This document shows positions 58,700 through 64,000 of a stretch of 64,000 nt of DNA, in pieces (position 1 is the stretch's first letter; each line of letters starts with the position of its first letter). The translations under genes were made by a program, and so were the position numbers. The notes below the pieces were generated by a model, which worked only from the letters and a program-made list of their open reading frames with translations, searched no databases and had not been told where the DNA came from. The DNA is taken from contig MZGJ01000006.1 of the NCBI GenBank assembly GCA_002084955.1, positions 2,027-66,026 of the forward strand. Direction: 5' to 3'. The stretch comes from a candidate division CPR3 bacterium 4484_211 (GTDB taxonomy: Bacteria > Patescibacteriota > 4484-211).

Positions 58700-59039
58700 C
58701 AGGTCTGGGCGCCCGCTCTTTTTTATTATCAAATCTTCCTCAATAAATTCTTGTCAATTATTTTTATCAACTCTTTATTAGCGTTAGTAGCATTAGGGAC
58801 GGGGACAAAAATGATTGATAAATCAATAAAAAAGATTGGTATTTTTTAAATAATCTTAAACAACAAAGTTTAAAAACCAATAAAATAATTAAAAATAATA
58901 AGTAATAAAGGTAATAAGTAAAAAATCATAAAGAAATAAAAAATAGGCCAAAAATAAACTGATATATCAGTATTTTCTAGCCCCGTCCCTGAGTCCATCT
59001 TGATTTTTGAAAAATGTGCTTGTCGATAGCGACAATAAA
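58700..59039. other. AT-rich low-complexity boundary segment at the edge of the AT-rich island, with 10-bp GC inverted repeats AGGGACGGGG (58795-58804) and CCCCGTCCCT (58981-58990)
   Basis: Compositional break read by eye; simple AATAAGTAATAAAGGTAATAAGTAAAAAA repeats. Confidence 0.4.
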
Positions 59040-61601
59040 TTAACCCCAACTGTCAATCATAGCAATGAGGACATTCTTGATATTTTGATTTTTTGTTCTA
59101 GACATAGCTTTTAATTCTCTCTTCTTGGGCATATTATCTAATTGATTCCAAATCCATTTATTTTTATTTAAAAAATTTATATATTGAATCTTTTCATCTT
59201 GACCTACCTTTTTTAATTTATTATATAAATCTTCAAATATTCTTTTTGCTGAAACGCTATCGGGAGATAACGATAATAAATCCTGACGATCAATAATTTG
59301 TCCAATATTTTCTATTAAGATATCTTTCTTCTGATCTAAAATAACTTTCCAAAACTCCCCATTTTGTTTCAAAATTTTATTGTTAGCGAAATTAATAATT
59401 TCTAATAAAAAATGAAAATCAGTTACACTTTTTAAAGCTTTAACAATCTGCCTTTGTAGATCCTCCATATCGAAAGGCAACTTATCTATATTGTTTTTAG
59501 CCCAATTCCATACATCTTGATTTCTTTCCTGTATGGATTGAAAAATGTTTTCTTTTAAATTTTCTAATGACGTAGGGCTGTATTTATTAAGTAATTGTAG
59601 TCTTTTTTCACTCAAGTCAGAATTATTAATATCTGCTGTAAAATCATTTATTAATTTTTTTGATATATCCTGGAAATTACTTGTAACTATTTTTAAATCC
59701 AATTTTGTGAATATATCGCTCATTTTGTGCAAAGCGTCAGATTTGTTCTCATCATAATATGCCACCAATCTATTAAATATTATTGTGGAAGCGAAAATTC
59801 CAAATTTATTGTCAAAATTTAAATTGTTGATATCTTCTAATGTTAAATTAAATTTATTTAAATATGACCGGGTTTGTTTAATCTTAAAATTGTCCAGCCA
59901 TTGCCAATAAGCGTAATAAAACTCAACCTTTTCATCAACTGGTTGACTCTTAATATAATTAAAGTCATATTTCTGTAACCCTTCTAGAAACTTACTTTGG
60001 GGCAAAGTATCTGCATCTATATCGATCAAAGCTTTGATTAATGTCAAAAAAATATTTTTCTTTTCACTCAAATCAGTTGCTTCATCATTAAGTTGATAAA
60101 ATGCATCCAATGCTTCATTTAATTTTTTTCCTCCACTCAATAATAAAGACTGCTTAACATCATCTGAATTACCCTTTTTAAGATACTGTTTAAAATCTTC
60201 TGGCAAAGGGCCTCTGGAATCTCCAAAACTAGCATCAGCGGCAAAATATAAAAATGTCTTTATTGACTTTACAGCGGGGCCGTATTGATTGTGAAATCTC
60301 GGTTTTTCAAATAAAAATTTCTTTATAAAAAGAAGCTGGGCAATGGATAATTTTTCCTTAAATTTTTCTAATATTTTATCAATGTTTTTATTGTCTTGCT
60401 TTTGAACAGCATATTCTAGATTTGATAAAATTTCACTATTTTTTAAAATTTCCTCAAATAAAGGATTACATAAATCCTGTATCATTAAACTACGAATAAC
60501 AAGTAGTGGATTATCCTTTAGTTCTTGTAAATATTCTTTTTCTTTTCCGTTATCATTATTACTAATTTGATTATCTACAACTTTAAAGCTAAATAAGACT
60601 GTATCCAGAAATCTAATTATATGCCTAAAATTCTTTTCAAAATATAAATTTAAATAGTTTTTAAAAATAATTAGATCACCTTCATTAAAAATTCTTCTAA
60701 ATTCTTTTCTCTTTCCTATTTCATTGTTAATAAAGATATCTATCTCAATTTTTAATGGCAGTGGCAGACGCCAATAGACATTAAATATTTTTTTAAGAAA
60801 TCTTCTTCCTTCATCAATTTGTTCCGCAACACTTGAATTCGGCAATAACTCTATACCGAGATACCTTTCTAATACAGAATGATCTCCAGTAACAACAAAG
60901 GATAATTTTTTATTATCAAAAAAAGTCCTTAAATTGTCTAACGTATCTTTAGCAATGCCGGGTGTTACGCGGTCTAAATCGTCGACAAAAATAACGACCC
61001 TTTTATCTTTTATATTTTGAAGAACTTCGTTTAATTTTTCTTCAAACCTATCTAGGGTGCTAATTGCTTTGCTATTTTTCTGGGTAGAAATAAGTTTTCC
61101 TACAATTGCTAAAATCACAGGTATAAGGATAAGAGTTAAAATCCATTTTATTTTAAGAAATTTATATAAAATTTCTTGTGGGAAGTAAAAATAAACTATT
61201 ATTATCCAAATTAATATAAGCAAGACAAACAATAACCATCCAGGATGAATTCTACTTTTCGATTCATCATAGTAAAACTCCTCAATGAAATTTTTGTTAT
61301 TTATCCAGTTTCTTATTCTTTTTAGTATATTCGGTTGATAATATACAGATAATGATTTTATAAAATATCTTAAAAAAGAGATTTTATCCGTTGCGAATTT
61401 CCACGGATTTATCCATATTGGATCCTCAAATTCCCTTTTTTTCAATTCTTTAGCCAGCTCTTTTAAGAATGTTGTTTTTCCCTCGCCCCACTTACCAGAA
61501 ATGCCAAAAATATAAGACTCACTCTCATCATCTTTATTATGATTATTGCTGATAATTTCAGCTACGTGTTTTATAAAATTTTGCCTATTTTTTAATTCCA
61601 T
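59040..61601 (-). CDS. KAP-family P-loop NTPase (853 aa)
   Basis: Walker A GISGKWGEGKTTFLKEL; two TM helices inserted after Walker A (…GWLLFVLLILIWIIIVYFYF… and …WILTLILIPVILAIVGKLI), which is the KAP hallmark; Walker B VVIFVDDLDR; long helical C-terminal region; very AT-rich codon usage. Confidence 0.75.
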   Translation of the reverse strand: MELKNRQNFIKHVAEIISNNHNKDDESESYIFGISGKWGEGKTTFLKELAKELKKREFEDPIWINPWKFATDKISFLRYFIKSLSVYYQPNILKRIRNWINNKNFIEEFYYDESKSRIHPGWLLFVLLILIWIIIVYFYFPQEILYKFLKIKWILTLILIPVILAIVGKLISTQKNSKAISTLDRFEEKLNEVLQNIKDKRVVIFVDDLDRVTPGIAKDTLDNLRTFFDNKKLSFVVTGDHSVLERYLGIELLPNSSVAEQIDEGRRFLKKIFNVYWRLPLPLKIEIDIFINNEIGKRKEFRRIFNEGDLIIFKNYLNLYFEKNFRHIIRFLDTVLFSFKVVDNQISNNDNGKEKEYLQELKDNPLLVIRSLMIQDLCNPLFEEILKNSEILSNLEYAVQKQDNKNIDKILEKFKEKLSIAQLLFIKKFLFEKPRFHNQYGPAVKSIKTFLYFAADASFGDSRGPLPEDFKQYLKKGNSDDVKQSLLLSGGKKLNEALDAFYQLNDEATDLSEKKNIFLTLIKALIDIDADTLPQSKFLEGLQKYDFNYIKSQPVDEKVEFYYAYWQWLDNFKIKQTRSYLNKFNLTLEDINNLNFDNKFGIFASTIIFNRLVAYYDENKSDALHKMSDIFTKLDLKIVTSNFQDISKKLINDFTADINNSDLSEKRLQLLNKYSPTSLENLKENIFQSIQERNQDVWNWAKNNIDKLPFDMEDLQRQIVKALKSVTDFHFLLEIINFANNKILKQNGEFWKVILDQKKDILIENIGQIIDRQDLLSLSPDSVSAKRIFEDLYNKLKKVGQDEKIQYINFLNKNKWIWNQLDNMPKKRELKAMSRTKNQNIKNVLIAMIDSWG

Positions 61602-61604
61602 AAT

Positions 61605-64000
61605 TTAATTATTATTCTCAACAATCTTAATTTCTTCCTTTGTCAAGCCATAAAGTTTATAAACCAACTGGTCAATTTGTTTTTCGTATTCGCGGACTTT
61701 GGCTTGTTTGGCAGGGTTTTCTAAATAATCATCGTCTTTGGTAATGGCGAGGATTTTATCAACGAGGTCAATAAATAGTTTTTGTTCGTCTTGTGAAATT
61801 TTAATGATTGGAAGCTGTTCTATATAGATTGAAAAGTGTCTAATACCCCTTACTCCAAGCTGAGATGAAATCATCTTATAATACAAATTTATAAGAGAAG
61901 AATTGAGGATTGCGCATAAATACTTAACAGCATTCCCGGTTAAAAAATATGCGGTATTTGCAAGATAGTAACCATCTATGTCTAGAGAAAAAGTAAGGCG
62001 TTGTGCTATGTCGGTATAAACAATTTTTTCTTTTTCAAATTCTTGATGGTATGCAATATTATCTTGAGTTTCAAACCATTTATTACCTGTTTTTTTTCTA
62101 GCACCTTTTTTGCCGCTTTGTTCTAATCTTTGTTTTCCAAACGATAATAAGTAATTTTTCACTGCCGGATATTGATCTATATCAATATGTAAACTTGGAA
62201 AAGTAGCAATCAACCACAACCCAGCCCAGCGGTAGTAGTAGCGGCCAATGTCTCTGCCGCGAAGTATCGGTTTTAGAATTTCTTTGGATTTTGGATCTTC
62301 TCGGCACAAGTGCTCTTTGGTTGGCGTATCAATAATGAATGCTTTGTTAAAGCCGGTTTTAATTCCATAATTTATTTTTACAGCCCAATCTTTTAACGGC
62401 GTACCTGCCCGTTCAATTTTCTGTTTAATCTTTAGGGTTTTCTCATCCACCAAAGACCAGCCGCTATCATTAAGATGCTTAGAATTAATGTATTGCTGGT
62501 GTTCTGCTAAATAAGTAGAAAGATTTTCGCCGGTAAAATCGGGTTCTATATCTACAAACGGAACTTGATAACTTCCCACTGGAATATCCTTTTGTAAAAT
62601 AATCACATTAGTATCAACGGTGGCTTCAAAAACTTTATGTCCGTTGAAGTCAATGAGCTGAAGGATTTTTGTCTTTTCTTTGAAAAAACGTCTTAATTTT
62701 TCCCCATATTTTGCCCGCAACCACTTGTTGCTGGAGATAAATGCGAGAGTTCCTTTGTTTTCCAACAAATTGTAGCTTTTTTCATAAAAATATGTATAAA
62801 GGTCAGAAGTGGAGTTGTACACTTCATATTTTTGCAAAGGCGGTTTTTGATCTTTGATTTTCTCCTGCCTCACATACGGCGGGTTGGCGATGACTACATC
62901 AAACCCGCCCTTTTCATCAAAAACCTCATTGAAATTTAAGTGCCATTCAAAGTGGTCTTCTGGAGAAGTGTCTTTAATTTTTTCCAACTCTTGGACTTTT
63001 TTCTTTAGTTTTTTGACCTCTTTTGTTTCAATCTCTCCAAGAGTCAGGTTTTCAGGGCCTAAAGAAAATAAGCTTTTTTGAGCCTTTAAGTTAGCAAGCA
63101 AGTTCTTGCTTTGTTTAAGTTCTTTAGCTTTATCGTAATTAGCAATAAAAACTATTAACTTATTAATTTGATCTCTTAAGTTTTGCTTTCTTTTTCTATT
63201 AGTCGCTTCAAAATACTGATTTTTTAAATCGTTCAGTTTATCTATCAATTTATTTTTCTCTTGATCTGTCCCTTTTCTAACTAAATCAGGAGATAATAGT
63301 TCAATTAAACTATTGCCCTGCATAATTTTGTAATCAAGATTGGGAAGAGGTTTAATTCTTTTAATATCTTGTTCATCAACAATAAGTGAAAGCCAAAGCC
63401 TTAGTTTGGCAATTTCTACTGCTCCCAAATCAATGTCAACACCATAAAGAGATTTTTGAATGCAGTCTCTTTTTAGATCATAGAGAGAAACGTTCTTATT
63501 GAGAACAAAAGCCAGTCTTTTTCTTGCATTAACTATTTCATTTAGCATTCCTACTAAAAAAGCTCCGGATCCACAAGCCGGATCACATACAAAAATACTT
63601 TCTAGGGTATCATCTAATTCCTTTGCCTCTTTTTTCCGTAGATTCAAAATCGAACCATCAACAATATGGTTCTTTCTTCCTCCTTTCTTTCTAAATTTTC
63701 GATAATCTCTTTTTGTGATTGGCTTGGGATTAATCAAGGCATTAATCTTCTTTTTATCTAAGCAAGTTTGACTAATTAAGTAGTTGATTAGGCTTTGCTG
63801 GCACATATAGTGGACAATTTCTCTTGGCGTGTAGTAGGTGCCCTTTGATTTTCTATCCTTTACTTCCAGCAGGTTTTCAAACACTTTCCCCAACATTTCC
63901 GGGTCAACAGCAACCTCTTTATCAAGAGGTTCATCTTCTTTGACGGTGAAGTTATAGCGGTCAAAAACATCCAGTATTCCGGTTCCAGTATCTCCTTCTT
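61605..64000 (-). CDS. gamma-class N6-adenine DNA methyltransferase with a large C-terminal (TRD-like) extension; N-terminus outside the window (type IIG/ISP/BREX-PglX-like)
   Basis: LGKVFENLL…GTYYTPREIV (motif X), VCDPACGSGAFLVGM (motif I), VIANPPYVRQE (motif IV), then more than 400 aa; the frame stays open (no stop) from the annotated Met at 63896 to the window end at 64000, so the protein is longer. Confidence 0.8.
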   Translation of the reverse strand, partial: EGDTGTGILDVFDRYNFTVKEDEPLDKEVAVDPEMLGKVFENLLEVKDRKSKGTYYTPREIVHYMCQQSLINYLISQTCLDKKKINALINPKPITKRDYRKFRKKGGRKNHIVDGSILNLRKKEAKELDDTLESIFVCDPACGSGAFLVGMLNEIVNARKRLAFVLNKNVSLYDLKRDCIQKSLYGVDIDLGAVEIAKLRLWLSLIVDEQDIKRIKPLPNLDYKIMQGNSLIELLSPDLVRKGTDQEKNKLIDKLNDLKNQYFEATNRKRKQNLRDQINKLIVFIANYDKAKELKQSKNLLANLKAQKSLFSLGPENLTLGEIETKEVKKLKKKVQELEKIKDTSPEDHFEWHLNFNEVFDEKGGFDVVIANPPYVRQEKIKDQKPPLQKYEVYNSTSDLYTYFYEKSYNLLENKGTLAFISSNKWLRAKYGEKLRRFFKEKTKILQLIDFNGHKVFEATVDTNVIILQKDIPVGSYQVPFVDIEPDFTGENLSTYLAEHQQYINSKHLNDSGWSLVDEKTLKIKQKIERAGTPLKDWAVKINYGIKTGFNKAFIIDTPTKEHLCREDPKSKEILKPILRGRDIGRYYYRWAGLWLIATFPSLHIDIDQYPAVKNYLLSFGKQRLEQSGKKGARKKTGNKWFETQDNIAYHQEFEKEKIVYTDIAQRLTFSLDIDGYYLANTAYFLTGNAVKYLCAILNSSLINLYYKMISSQLGVRGIRHFSIYIEQLPIIKISQDEQKLFIDLVDKILAITKDDDYLENPAKQAKVREYEKQIDQLVYKLYGLTKEEIKIVENNN

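Noticed and set aside
58795-58990. 10-bp GC-rich inverted repeats (AGGGACGGGG / CCCCGTCCCT) flanking 176 bp of AT-rich sequence, as att or IS ends
   Set aside because: A 10-bp inverted repeat within a few hundred bp is expected by chance many times in 64 kb. It is kept only as a descriptive note on the island boundary, not as a mobile-element call.
1-64000. CRISPR array, cas operon, integrase, transposase and rRNA
   Set aside because: I scanned both strands for regularly spaced direct repeats and for recognisable Cas, integrase, transposase or rRNA signatures and found none. The only Cas-like protein is the solo Cas4-like nuclease.

Overview
This 64 kb window looks like chromosomal DNA from a small-genome bacterium, most likely a Candidate Phyla Radiation (Patescibacteria)-type organism; this is inference. 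Pointers are an archaeal-type ProRS ending in a C-terminal Tyr, a minimal SUF system (sufC plus one sufB/D), a short 352-aa PGK, a stand-alone secF, and many orphan hypothetical proteins. GC looks to be about 45-50% by eye. Core genes recognised from protein motifs are serS, an HD hydrolase, sufC and sufB/D, trxB, a PAP2 phosphatase, thioredoxin, gap, uvrD/pcrA, a 3D-domain protein, yidC, ksgA/rsmA, secF, pgk-tpiA, an LCP protein, several glycosyltransferases, hsp20, recF, holA, rpsT, murJ, lepA, proS, a DsbD/CcdA-like thioredoxin-fold membrane protein, ABC-2 and metal ABC transporters, smpB plus tmRNA (ssrA), gdh, a six-gene cell-surface glycosylation cluster and rmuC. RNA genes are tRNA-Gln(CUG), tRNA-Arg(CCG) and the tmRNA. 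The intergenic space is unusually structured. (1) A perfect 20-bp palindrome ATGATAGACTAGTCTATCAT occurs 12 times, mostly as pairs about 75 bp apart. Four copies bracket a TrpR-like (YerC/YecD-family) DNA-binding protein gene, which suggests an autoregulated regulon or DNA-structuring system. (2) A mosaic family of intergenic repeat modules is reused in different combinations and orientations: a roughly 65-nt hairpin module with compensatory stem changes, a 31-nt perfect palindrome GGGGTGACACCCTCTTTGAGGGTGTCACCCC, and a gene-co-oriented leader module. The right end (about 58.7-64.0 kb and beyond) is a sharply AT-rich island. It encodes a KAP-family P-loop NTPase directly downstream of a large gamma-class N6-adenine DNA methyltransferase with an extra C-terminal domain; the methyltransferase ORF runs off the window edge. 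This is a candidate defence island. Just upstream, core-like DNA carries a Cas4-like Fe-S PD-(D/E)xK nuclease and SWIM zinc-finger gene pair. No CRISPR array, rRNA, transposase or integrase is visible in the window.
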